64,000 bases of DNA from a virus, in IMG/VR virus record IMGVR_UViG_3300042868_005641, positions 1 to 64,000 of that record, one strand, 5' to 3'. The notes beneath the pieces were generated by a model, which had not been told where the DNA came from, searched no databases, and was given only the letters and a program-made list of their open reading frames with translations. Of this stretch, positions 10,127 to 19,240 are shown piece by piece. A program made the position numbers and the translations under genes. The first letter of the stretch is position 1; each line of letters opens with the position of its first letter.

Positions 10127-10945
10127 ATGGCTACCCAAGAGGAAAAAATTCTGCATCGTGCTGAGAGAGAAGCACATCGAGCAAAAAAACTACCCGGATA
10201 TGTTGCCACTGCTATAATGAACCCATCCAGCCCTGTAGATTGTGCTTGCGTTATCCATGGCACAGGTTACGATTGGGTTTATGTGGAAAGATTACACAGC
10301 ATGTTGAGCCGTCACTTAACACGCGGCGTGAGATTGCATGTGTATACAGAAGCCCATCGGTCAGTACCGCCACACATGGTCAAACATGTGCTGGAAGAAT
10401 GGCCGGGCATTAGTGGTCGCAAACGCAGCTGGTGGTATAAAATGCAGATGTTTAACCCTGCACACCATCAAGGGCAATTGCTGTACTTTGATCTAGACAC
10501 AGTGATTGTTGACAACATAGATTGGATTGTAGATCTCAGCCCATTTTATTTTTGGACCATACGGGATTTTAGAGTTTTATGGAAACCCGATGTGCAAAAT
10601 ATGAACTCGTCTGTGATGTATTGGGACACTACCAAATGGTCGCATGTGTGGGCAAACTTTGAACAAAATGGATCTAACAAAATAATCAGCAGATACCAAC
10701 ACGGCGGCGATCAGGAATATCTCACCACAGTGATTACTCCGGAAAAACGCCGATTCATGGATCCTGATCGTATTGTAAGTTGGAGATGGACTGCACTAGA
10801 CGGCGGCATGAACTTCAAAAATAGAACCTACAACAGACCTGGACGTGGCACTATCCTTTCTCCCGGCAATAGTGTATTGGTATTCCATGGAGATCCAAAA
10901 CCGCACGAAGCCAATGATGTTGTGATAAAACAACACTGGCGCTAA
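10127..10945 (+). CDS. GT8-like glycosyltransferase
   Basis: WWYKMQMF, LYFDLD, NSSVM, GDQEY, VFHGDPKP. Confidence 0.75.
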   Translation: MATQEEKILHRAEREAHRAKKLPGYVATAIMNPSSPVDCACVIHGTGYDWVYVERLHSMLSRHLTRGVRLHVYTEAHRSVPPHMVKHVLEEWPGISGRKRSWWYKMQMFNPAHHQGQLLYFDLDTVIVDNIDWIVDLSPFYFWTIRDFRVLWKPDVQNMNSSVMYWDTTKWSHVWANFEQNGSNKIISRYQHGGDQEYLTTVITPEKRRFMDPDRIVSWRWTALDGGMNFKNRTYNRPGRGTILSPGNSVLVFHGDPKPHEANDVVIKQHWR

Positions 10946-10955
10946 CGCAGCCTGG

Positions 10956-10984
10956 TTGACCGGTATTGCATGATCAGCTACAAT
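10956..10984 (+). promoter_or_regulatory. sigma70-type early promoter
   Basis: TTGACC-N17-TACAAT. Confidence 0.75.
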
Positions 10985-11086
10985 AGCTGCATGTCAACAA
11001 AGATACCAACAAAAACACTGCTAAACAATGTGGCAAAAAGCCCACAGTTTTCGCAGAAAAAGTTGGAAAAATCCTGCAAAAAGGAG

Positions 11087-11115
11087 TTGACCGGTAATTC
11101 AACAACTGCTACAAT
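11087..11115 (+). promoter_or_regulatory. sigma70-type early promoter (extended -10) for the AAA ATPase
   Basis: TTGACC-N17-TACAAT with TG upstream of -10. Confidence 0.85.
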
Positions 11116-11147
11116 AGTGGCATATTAACAAAACGGGGCTAGAAACC

Positions 11148-12170
11148 ATGAGCGCAATTCGTATTATTCGCGGCGAGTACCGCGGCAAGTCTGTTAACAA
11201 CAAGAGCTTCACACTAGTGAGCGGGTTCCAAACTGGTGCCAAAGGCGGCTTTGTGACAGTACAAAATGATGGCAACTTCCCCAACTGCCCATCTGCTGTT
11301 CGCATTCGTGTTGATGCAATCACTGACTATGAGATGGTAAGTGGCGATAGTGTACATGTGCCCGAAGTGCCTGTGGCTGCGTTTGTTGTAGCCGAATCTG
11401 AAGAAGCTGCAATGAATCGTATCCGCGAGCGTTTTGAGATTCTTACAGAAATGACTCGTGCTGCAATCGACGGTGGTATCCGTGCTATGATTGTAAGCGG
11501 CCCTCCTGGTGTGGGCAAGAGCTTTGGTGTTGAGCAAGAAATTGACAAAGCTACCTTGTTTGATCGTATTGCAGGCAAGCGTCTCCGTGCAGAAGTTGTC
11601 AAGGGCAGTGCAACTCCTATTGGACTGTATCAAACTCTTTACAAGTATTCAGACGAAAACTGTGTGCTGGTGTTTGATGACTGCGACAGCATCTTGGTTG
11701 ACGACGTTGCACTGAACTTGCTGAAAGGTGCCCTGGACTCTGGCAAGAAGCGTAAAATCTCTTGGTTGGCTGAGAGTTCTACACTGCGTCGCGAAGGCAT
11801 TCCAGACAGCTTCGACTTCAAAGGCTCGGTGATCTTTATTACCAACTTGAAGTTTGAGACAATGAAATCGCAGAAGCTGCGGGATCACTTGGATGCACTG
11901 CAATCGCGTTGCCACTACTTGGACTTGACACTAGATACCATGCGTGACAAGATCCTGCGTATCAAGCAGATTGCCAAAGATGGTGTGTTGTTCGAGGGTT
12001 ACGATTTTGAGCCTGAGACTCAAGACGCAATCTTTGAGTTTATGGAAACTAACCAGACTCGTCTGCGTGAGATGAGCTTGCGTATGGCATTGAAGATTGC
12101 TGACTTGCGTAAACTCAGCGAAGGCAACTGGAAGCGCCTGGCAGAAACAACCTGCATGAAGGCAGCGTAA
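11148..12170 (+). CDS. AAA+ ATPase of unknown function
   Basis: Walker A GPPGVGKS, Walker B VLVFDD, sensor-1 FITN, ALQSR arginine finger. Confidence 0.8.
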   Translation: MSAIRIIRGEYRGKSVNNKSFTLVSGFQTGAKGGFVTVQNDGNFPNCPSAVRIRVDAITDYEMVSGDSVHVPEVPVAAFVVAESEEAAMNRIRERFEILTEMTRAAIDGGIRAMIVSGPPGVGKSFGVEQEIDKATLFDRIAGKRLRAEVVKGSATPIGLYQTLYKYSDENCVLVFDDCDSILVDDVALNLLKGALDSGKKRKISWLAESSTLRREGIPDSFDFKGSVIFITNLKFETMKSQKLRDHLDALQSRCHYLDLTLDTMRDKILRIKQIAKDGVLFEGYDFEPETQDAIFEFMETNQTRLREMSLRMALKIADLRKLSEGNWKRLAETTCMKAA

Positions 12171-12253
12171 TGGGATGGGTAGCCGTAATTGCAGCACTGT
12201 GGTGCGGCTACCCATGGTTGGCAGCGTTTATAGTCCTGATGATTGTGATGTAA
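12170..12253 (+). CDS. 27-aa hydrophobic micro-protein (not in ORF track)
   Basis: MGWVAVIAALWCGYPWLAAFIVLMIVM; ATG overlaps the ATPase stop (TAATG). Confidence 0.5.
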   Translation: MGWVAVIAALWCGYPWLAAFIVLMIVM

Positions 12254-12254
12254 T

Positions 12255-12404
12255 ATGAATTTGGCATTGGAACAAATAATCTGGATGCTGGGCAATGCGT
12301 TTCTTGCCAAGATCAGCTTTGAAAGCAACAGCAATTTTATGGGATGGGTGTGTTTGGTCAGCAGTGCCTTCTGTATGAGCAAGGTGTTACTTTTTATCTT
12401 TTAA
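12255..12404 (+). CDS. 49-aa hydrophobic micro-protein (not in ORF track)
   Basis: MNLALEQIIWMLGNAFLAKISFESNSNFMGWVCLVSSAFCMSKVLLFIF; starts 1 nt after the previous stop. Confidence 0.5.
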   Translation: MNLALEQIIWMLGNAFLAKISFESNSNFMGWVCLVSSAFCMSKVLLFIF

Positions 12405-12413
12405 GGAAATTTT

Positions 12414-12524
12414 ATGTTTGAAATTTGGGATGGTGATTTGTTTTTGTATGCTGTGGATACTCAATATGAGGCAGATGAAGCAGATGAAGCAGGTTTTCGG
12501 ATTGTAGAAATCGAAACCAAGTGA
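12414..12524 (+). CDS. 36-aa acidic micro-protein (not in ORF track)
   Basis: MFEIWDGDLFLYAVDTQYEADEADEAGFRIVEIETK, with an AAGGA RBS. Confidence 0.6.
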   Translation: MFEIWDGDLFLYAVDTQYEADEADEAGFRIVEIETK

Positions 12525-12585
12525 GATTTTGGGCTAGTCCCAAATAGAGTCGCAGCCGTTTTTCTAGCCTGGCGACTCTTTTTAT

Positions 12586-12617
12586 ACAGTCGCCCCTAAA
12601 AAGGCGACTGTTTTTTT
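12586..12617 (+). terminator. Rho-independent terminator
   Basis: ACAGTCGCC-loop-GGCGACTGT followed by a T run. Confidence 0.8.
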
Positions 12618-12644
12618 GACTTCTTGCCAGCCAGCGTGTATAAT
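12616..12644 (+). promoter_or_regulatory. sigma70-type promoter, probably giving a leaderless mRNA
   Basis: TTGACT-N17-TATAAT; ATG at 12652 lies 7 nt after -10. Confidence 0.8.
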
Positions 12645-12651
12645 TATATAC

Positions 12652-13782
12652 ATGCCCTTTTGTTTTTCTCCCTGGACCAATCTTGACATTAGCCCGCAAG
12701 GTGATATTGCACCCTGTTGCAAATTTGTCATTGACCCGCAGGCGCAATTCAACATCCAACGAGACTCCTTGGTTGATTACAGCAGCAGTGCCTTTTTGAA
12801 AGAAATCAAGCAGGATTTTTTAGCAGATCAATGGCCTACAGGTTGCATACGTTGCCGCAACGAAGAAGCTGCCAACATAAAAAGCAAACGTCAACTGGAT
12901 CATGACAGATGGTCTGAACACTATGCTCGGTACCAACTGGACAGCGATCAATGGATCACAGCCAGTATAGCATTTGGTAATACCTGCAATCTCAAATGCA
13001 TCACTTGTGACTCGTACAGCAGCAGTCGTTGGAATTCTGAATACAAACAAATATACAGAATTGATACCAGACATGTGAAATTTTATAGAGATGATTTTGT
13101 GGACAGCTTGATATCACAAGCACCGGGCATCATACACCTGGACATCCCAGGCGGCGAGCCATTCCTGAGTGGAGTAGCCGAACAAAAGAAACTGTTGAAA
13201 CACTATGTTGATTCAGGGCAGGCTGCTGATATCTCGTTACACTATACCACCAATGTGACTGTGTTCCCTGATAGTGAATGGTGGTCAATATGGACACACT
13301 TTCAAGAAGTAGATCTTCAACTCAGCATAGATGGTATAGGTGCAAGATACGAATACATAAGACATCCAGCTCAATGGACAGACACAGTAATCAACACTAA
13401 AAGATATATACAAAAAGAACAAGAACTCGGCAATGTCAGACTCAGCGTGAGTCATACTGTGAGTGCCTATAATATCTATTATCTAGACGAATTCTTTACC
13501 TGGTGTTACGACATAGGACTGCCCCGTCCGTGGCTAGGCGCAGTACATCAGCCTTTGCACATGCGGCCCGGAGTTTGGCCCACAGAAGCCCATGACGTTA
13601 TTGCAAAAAAACTTGGCAACAGCAACTACAATGATGTACGTGTATGGGCCAATGTCATAGTTAAAAATAGAGATATGGATCAATTTGGCGAATTCTGCAA
13701 ACGATTACACCAGCATGACCAATATCGTGACACTGATTTTAAAACGGTATTTCCTGAAATAGCATCTTATATAAATGACTGA
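12652..13782 (+). CDS. Radical SAM protein with N-terminal SPASM/twitch-like cysteine domain
   Basis: CNLKCITC (CxxxCxxC), GGEP, LSIDG; N-terminal FCFSPW...PCC...CIRC. Confidence 0.9.
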   Translation: MPFCFSPWTNLDISPQGDIAPCCKFVIDPQAQFNIQRDSLVDYSSSAFLKEIKQDFLADQWPTGCIRCRNEEAANIKSKRQLDHDRWSEHYARYQLDSDQWITASIAFGNTCNLKCITCDSYSSSRWNSEYKQIYRIDTRHVKFYRDDFVDSLISQAPGIIHLDIPGGEPFLSGVAEQKKLLKHYVDSGQAADISLHYTTNVTVFPDSEWWSIWTHFQEVDLQLSIDGIGARYEYIRHPAQWTDTVINTKRYIQKEQELGNVRLSVSHTVSAYNIYYLDEFFTWCYDIGLPRPWLGAVHQPLHMRPGVWPTEAHDVIAKKLGNSNYNDVRVWANVIVKNRDMDQFGEFCKRLHQHDQYRDTDFKTVFPEIASYIND

Positions 13783-15073
13783 TAGAAAAGATTATCCTAT
13801 ATACAAAATATTGGAATCCAAGAGCAAATTCTTTTGTCCAGCAAAATGGACTGAATTATATCTGTATCTAAATCATGGCAATAGCAACAGTTGCCATCAT
13901 CCAATGCCGCATGCTATCCCTGAACACTTGCTAGACAACCCGGCGGTGCTGCACAATACTCCCCACAAGTTGAAAATGCAACAGCAGATGTTGGATGGAC
14001 AACGTCCTGATGAGTGCCACATGTGCTGGCATATAGAAGATTCGGCACCTGATGCCATAAGTGATCGATTGATAAAAAGTGTTGACTGGCAGGATCATAT
14101 TGCCGATTTAAAAATAGATCCACAGTATGTGCCGCCTATGATTGAAGTTGTATTTGATAACTATTGCAACCTAACTTGCAGCTATTGTGATTCGGGACAA
14201 AGCTCTAGTTGGGCAGCCCGCATACATCAGGAACCATTGGCATTAGAAACTGATCTTCGACAGTTGTATTCCAAGATACATATTGCTCCGGGTACTACTA
14301 AAACAGCGTACCTGGATGCCTGGATGAAATGGTGGCCCACTGCTAGAACACAAGTGAACAAAATAAAAGTCAGTGGCGGCGAACCATTGATTAGTAAAAA
14401 CTTTTGGAAATTTATTGACTCAATGGGGCCGGCCACTGACCTCAACTTGGCCATTAACAGTAACTTTTCAGTATCCGCAGAACATGTAAAAAAGCTGGCT
14501 GCACTTGCTGGAAATTTTTCTACAATAAACATTGCAGCCAGTATTGATGCCACTGGTTCTATTGCAGAATACACTAGGCAAGGCCTGGACTACCAAAAGT
14601 TCCTAACCAATGTGGAATATTGGTGCTCATCGACTCCACCTAATTGTAGCATTTACCTACAAAGCACTGTGAACGTACTAAACATATGGGGGCTCACTGA
14701 CAAGTTTGATCTTAACATACAGCTACGGAAACAGTATCCTGATCGTGTGCGGGATCTTTATTGTACTGTGGTTCGTAGTCCAGAATTCCAAAGCATTAGT
14801 ATACTTCCGGCCCATCTCAAACTGCAATTGCATACCAAGATGCAAGATTGGGCCACCATCAACCAACATCTACTCACATACAATGAACTGATCTATATCA
14901 ACAAAATCATTGGATATCTAACACACAATCCTGAACCTATGCATAAGTTTACTCAACGGCAATTAGAGATTGACTTTGTGAAGTTTTTGCAGTATTATGA
15001 CAAGTCCAGTAAACACAAATATCAAGATGTTTACCCTACGGAATTCATTGAATGGATACACACAATACAATAA
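13775..15073 (+). CDS. Radical SAM protein with N-terminal SPASM/twitch-like cysteine domain
   Basis: CNLTCSYC, SGGEP, ASID; N-terminal FCPAKW...SCHH...CHMC. Confidence 0.9.
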   Translation: MTDRKDYPIYKILESKSKFFCPAKWTELYLYLNHGNSNSCHHPMPHAIPEHLLDNPAVLHNTPHKLKMQQQMLDGQRPDECHMCWHIEDSAPDAISDRLIKSVDWQDHIADLKIDPQYVPPMIEVVFDNYCNLTCSYCDSGQSSSWAARIHQEPLALETDLRQLYSKIHIAPGTTKTAYLDAWMKWWPTARTQVNKIKVSGGEPLISKNFWKFIDSMGPATDLNLAINSNFSVSAEHVKKLAALAGNFSTINIAASIDATGSIAEYTRQGLDYQKFLTNVEYWCSSTPPNCSIYLQSTVNVLNIWGLTDKFDLNIQLRKQYPDRVRDLYCTVVRSPEFQSISILPAHLKLQLHTKMQDWATINQHLLTYNELIYINKIIGYLTHNPEPMHKFTQRQLEIDFVKFLQYYDKSSKHKYQDVYPTEFIEWIHTIQ

Positions 15074-15074
15074 T

Positions 15075-16535
15075 ATGAAAAGATGCACAATTAAAATAAG
15101 CGACGAAGTCAACATCAAAATTGAAGGGTTAGATCTTGATGCTCGCAAAGAGCTGGTAAAGAAATTTAAATACGATGTACCTTACGCACGATATCTACCA
15201 GCAGTACGGTTAGGACGATGGGATGGTAAAATAGCATACTTTCAATTAGGTGGCAGCACTTATGTGAATCTGCTGCCGGAGATTTTGCCCATACTAGACA
15301 AGCATAATTATGATGTTGAGCTAGATGATCAACGCACTTACACAACTACATTTGAATTTGATCAGGTGCATGAGCAAACTTATGCTCACATGGCGTGGCC
15401 AGACAAACACCCACAGGCAGGCAAGCCTATTGAGCTACGCGACTATCAAGTGGAGATTATCAATAACTTTCTAGCCAACCCGCAGTGCCTGCAGGAAGTG
15501 GCCACAGGTGCAGGCAAGACTATTATGACAGCAGCACTGAGTGATGCTGTGAGCAAGTATGGGCGCAGCATTGTGATTGTGCCCAACAAGAGCTTGGTCA
15601 CACAAACAGAAAAAGACTACATCAACATGGAACTGGATGTGGGTGTGTACTTTGGGGATAGAAAAGAATATGGTCGTAGCCATACCATATGCACTTGGCA
15701 AAGTCTAAACAATCTCATGAAGAACACCAAGAATGGCATAGGTGATTGTACCATCCAGGAGTTCCTTGAAGATGTTATTTGTGTGATAGTAGACGAAGTA
15801 CATATGGCCAAAGCTGATGCATTGAAAACCTTGTTGACCACTGTGATGGCGCAAGTGCCAATTCGTTGGGGATTAACTGGTACTATACCCAAAGAAGCAT
15901 TTGAAAGCCAAGCACTGTTGGTAAGTTTAGGTCCAGTTATTTCAAAGCTGGCTGCTAGTGAATTGCAAGATCGAGGCGTGCTGGCGCAGTGCCATGTGAA
16001 TGTGGTGCAGATGGTAGACACCGTGGAACACAAAACTTACCAACAAGAGTTAAAATATCTACTGGAGGAATCAGGTCGCCTGGATGCTATTGCACAACTG
16101 GTATTGCAAGTTAATGAAACTGGCAATACCCTAGTGCTGGTAGATCGTGTGGCACCAGGACATGAGTTGGTTGCAAGGCTAGGTGATCGAGCAGTGTTTG
16201 TGTCAGGTGCAACCAAAGGCGCTGCACGTCAAGAAGAATATGATGAAGTAGCCACGGCTACAGGCAAAATCATTGTGGCCACTTATGGTGTGGCAGCAGT
16301 AGGTATCAACATACCACGTATCTTTAACTTGGTCATGATCGAGTCAGGCAAGAGCTTTACCAGAGTTATCCAATCAATCGGACGTGGCATTAGAAAAGCC
16401 GAAGACAAGGACCATGTGCAGATTTGGGATATTACCAGCACTTGTAAATTCAGCAAACGTCATTTGACCAAGCGCAAGGCCTACTATAATGATGCTGCAT
16501 ACCCTTATACCCAGGAAAAATTGCATTGGCAATAA
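15075..16535 (+). CDS. uvsW: SF2 DNA helicase (UvsW-like)
   Basis: LRDYQ Q motif, ATGAGKT, VDEVH, GLTGT, QSIGRGIR. Confidence 0.85.
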   Translation: MKRCTIKISDEVNIKIEGLDLDARKELVKKFKYDVPYARYLPAVRLGRWDGKIAYFQLGGSTYVNLLPEILPILDKHNYDVELDDQRTYTTTFEFDQVHEQTYAHMAWPDKHPQAGKPIELRDYQVEIINNFLANPQCLQEVATGAGKTIMTAALSDAVSKYGRSIVIVPNKSLVTQTEKDYINMELDVGVYFGDRKEYGRSHTICTWQSLNNLMKNTKNGIGDCTIQEFLEDVICVIVDEVHMAKADALKTLLTTVMAQVPIRWGLTGTIPKEAFESQALLVSLGPVISKLAASELQDRGVLAQCHVNVVQMVDTVEHKTYQQELKYLLEESGRLDAIAQLVLQVNETGNTLVLVDRVAPGHELVARLGDRAVFVSGATKGAARQEEYDEVATATGKIIVATYGVAAVGINIPRIFNLVMIESGKSFTRVIQSIGRGIRKAEDKDHVQIWDITSTCKFSKRHLTKRKAYYNDAAYPYTQEKLHWQ

Positions 16536-16537
16536 GG

Positions 16538-16566
16538 TTGCATTTTTACAAAAAATAACATACAAT
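16538..16566 (+). promoter_or_regulatory. sigma70-type promoter, leaderless
   Basis: TTGCAT-N17-TACAAT; ATG at 16573. Confidence 0.6.
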
Positions 16567-16572
16567 ACAATC

Positions 16573-17073
16573 ATGCGTATATTAACCCTTGACAACAAAC
16601 CTTACGATCTAGATCATTTGCCCGAAGAAGTAGATGACATGAGATTTGCCATCCTAGACAACTCTGATCCAGCTAATCCAGACTATCATTACATACCTTT
16701 AATTTTTCTGGAAAGTTTCAATGCACCTGCATTGGTATTGCAAATAGGTGATGCACGAATCAAAATGCCCATGGATTGGCAAGTGCTGATTGGAGAACCT
16801 GATGTAGGCGATCTAGAAATGTTGCCACTAACTAGCATTAATGATCGTGGATTCAAACTGTTTCAATTCAATCCACTCAGCAGTTTCCGTCCAAGTTTTC
16901 CACCTATTGAAATTGTAGATGTATATCAAGAAGTAGCATGGTATGCACCCAAACTCAAAAATGGGCAGATGTTGTGCGTACCCATTAATGATGCACCTCA
17001 ACCAGACTGTGTGTATTTTGTCAAAGACATCAGTCGTAACTGCGAAATCGTGGACTATAACAAGGCTTGGTAA
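16573..17073 (+). CDS. Hypothetical protein, possible degenerate Hint fold
   Basis: Sequence pattern resembles intein/Hint blocks without the catalytic residues (see findings). Confidence 0.45.
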   Translation: MRILTLDNKPYDLDHLPEEVDDMRFAILDNSDPANPDYHYIPLIFLESFNAPALVLQIGDARIKMPMDWQVLIGEPDVGDLEMLPLTSINDRGFKLFQFNPLSSFRPSFPPIEIVDVYQEVAWYAPKLKNGQMLCVPINDAPQPDCVYFVKDISRNCEIVDYNKAW

Positions 17074-17075
17074 TC

Positions 17076-17888
17076 ATGGCAGAATTATCCTACAGCGAAA
17101 AACTCAAAAACTTTCCCTCAGTTAATTACACCAGCTTGCGTGAAAGTACGGATCGTCGGTTGTACATGAAATATCAATTTGATCATTATGGTATCACAAA
17201 AACAAATGTGTACCTAACTGAAAGATTTGATAAAATTTCTGATTATGTTCAAGTAACAGGCACAGGATTGATCATGCCTGAAGTTCACACACAGATGGGA
17301 ACCATAATTTCTCACATAAATCTCTTGAGAAATTGGTACGTGTCCACTGATGAAGAATATGCTATTTTTTGTGAAGATGACGTTAGCTTTGAAAGCATAA
17401 GATATTGGAATTTCACCTGGGATGAGTTTGTACAAAGTCTTCCAGAATACTGGAATGGTGTGCAACTGACCAAGGTAATGATGCCTTACTGCAATCCCGA
17501 GGGTGACCCTAACTTAAAACTCAAGATAACACGTGGCCGCTGGTGGGGCGCACATTCGTTATTCCGACGATCTTATGTGAAACTTCTGTTGGACAATGTG
17601 TGTCGTGGTTACAACAGCTATCAATTGGATTCTATCTATCTTGACGGAGTCCCGTACGGCCCTATTATAGAAAACTTACTGTATCTGCAAGCAGGCGGAG
17701 TGTTTAATTTTCCAATGCTGTTTGAAGACGCATCGTTTGATACCACTTATAGGGGCAAAAACAAAATCACAGTGGGCGCAGACACTGCTAACGACTCACA
17801 ATATTGGTCACATCGTTTGGTTGCTGAACAATGGAGAACCCATGGAGCAACTTTGGATTTCAAAGATGCTATGACATTAGAATATTGA
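17076..17888 (+). CDS. GT25-like glycosyltransferase
   Basis: SLRESTDRR, SHINLL, IFCEDD. Confidence 0.7.
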   Translation: MAELSYSEKLKNFPSVNYTSLRESTDRRLYMKYQFDHYGITKTNVYLTERFDKISDYVQVTGTGLIMPEVHTQMGTIISHINLLRNWYVSTDEEYAIFCEDDVSFESIRYWNFTWDEFVQSLPEYWNGVQLTKVMMPYCNPEGDPNLKLKITRGRWWGAHSLFRRSYVKLLLDNVCRGYNSYQLDSIYLDGVPYGPIIENLLYLQAGGVFNFPMLFEDASFDTTYRGKNKITVGADTANDSQYWSHRLVAEQWRTHGATLDFKDAMTLEY

Positions 17889-17891
17889 TCT

Positions 17892-18137
17892 ATGCCAGTG
17901 TTTGAAAGTCCAGACGGTGGAAACACAGTGTACTCTCGTGAGGCAGGATCAGATCAACGTGAGTTGGTCAAAACTTATGATCTTAGAACCCACGATGGTA
18001 GACCGCTGCATGAACACATAATGGAAGACAAGATGTGGGGTAAAATTCGACGAGCAGCTAAGACTAATCCTGCTTTACAAGATGCCCTAGAACGTGCTAT
18101 AATGATCTATCACTTGACCAAGAAAAATAATGGATAA
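17892..18137 (+). CDS. Hypothetical phage protein
   Basis: Tightly packed ORF; FESPDGGNTVY N-terminus. Confidence 0.6.
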   Translation: MPVFESPDGGNTVYSREAGSDQRELVKTYDLRTHDGRPLHEHIMEDKMWGKIRRAAKTNPALQDALERAIMIYHLTKKNNG

Positions 18138-18570
18138 ACTACATATCAGCAACGAGATGCGGCAGATGGATGCAAAGAATCGAGCATTCTACGATGAGCT
18201 CACAGTGGAAGAACGCAAGAAGTTTAGCACGTTCCTTATGGTACGTTGGGGCAGTACAGTGAGCGGCAGTCAAGAACTACAAGAATACTATGTGCAGAGT
18301 GTGAATCATTATCTCAACAAGCACTTCTTTACCATGCACAAGCATCCTAAACTGCAATGGCTTATGGCCACAGCAGCCAGCCCAGGTATGGGATCCATGC
18401 GACATGACTGGCTTTCTCTTAAAAAGAAAGAGGGCGGCGACTCTGCGCTAAAGAAGCAGTTAAGAGAACTGTATCCGCATTTCAAAGAAGATGAAATTGA
18501 TTTGATGGCTACGATGACCACCAAAAAAGAAGTCACACAACTCATACGTGACCATGGCAACGACAAGTAA
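18130..18570 (+). CDS. Probable clamp-loader small subunit (T4 gp62-like)
   Basis: Size, F.L.RW.S...N...HPKLQW...W...KK pattern and replication context. Confidence 0.5.
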   Translation: MDKLHISNEMRQMDAKNRAFYDELTVEERKKFSTFLMVRWGSTVSGSQELQEYYVQSVNHYLNKHFFTMHKHPKLQWLMATAASPGMGSMRHDWLSLKKKEGGDSALKKQLRELYPHFKEDEIDLMATMTTKKEVTQLIRDHGNDK

Positions 18571-19240
18571 CTTCACATGCAAGTATTGCAGTCGATCATT
18601 CAGCAAAGAGTCCACGCTGAGTGTGCATGTTTGTGAACAGAAGAAACGTTTTCAGGAATCTAGCGAACGTGGTGTACAACTGGGACTGCAAGGGTACTTG
18701 AAGTTCTACGAATACACCCAAGGATCAGCCAAAGTCAAGACTTGGGAAGACTTTGCCACGTCACCTTATTACCGTGCATTTGTCAAATGGGGTCGATACT
18801 GTGTGGATGTCAAAGTAATCAACCCTGTGCGTTTCATAGAATGGTTGCTGAAGAACAACAAGAAAATTGACAACTGGTGTAGCGATAATTTGTATACAGA
18901 GTATCTTGTGGAATATGTGCGTAAAGAAGCTGTAGATGATGCATTGGCTCGAGCAATCGAACATGGCATGACCTGGAGTGAAAAACAACATGCACCTGCA
19001 CATGATTGTTTACGTTATGGCAGTGCAAATGCCAATTGCTATGCAATCACAACAGGTAGAATAAGTGCCTGGGTGATCTACAATAGTGAGTCAGGGCAGA
19101 AGTTCTTGAATGAACTCAATGCAGAGCAAGTGGCCATGATATGGCCTTACATTGATTCCGACATATGGCAAAAGAAGTTTGCGGATCATCCTGCAGACCA
19201 GGCGTATGCACAAGAAATTTTAACACAAGCAGGATGGTGA
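18554..19240 (+). CDS. Hypothetical protein with N-terminal zinc finger
   Basis: FTCKYCSRSF...LSVHVC. Confidence 0.65.
   Translation: MATTSNFTCKYCSRSFSKESTLSVHVCEQKKRFQESSERGVQLGLQGYLKFYEYTQGSAKVKTWEDFATSPYYRAFVKWGRYCVDVKVINPVRFIEWLLKNNKKIDNWCSDNLYTEYLVEYVRKEAVDDALARAIEHGMTWSEKQHAPAHDCLRYGSANANCYAITTGRISAWVIYNSESGQKFLNELNAEQVAMIWPYIDSDIWQKKFADHPADQAYAQEILTQAGW

Noticed and set aside
12412-12759. 115-aa minus-strand ORF
   Set aside because: It crosses a terminator, a promoter and two plus-strand genes; no motifs.
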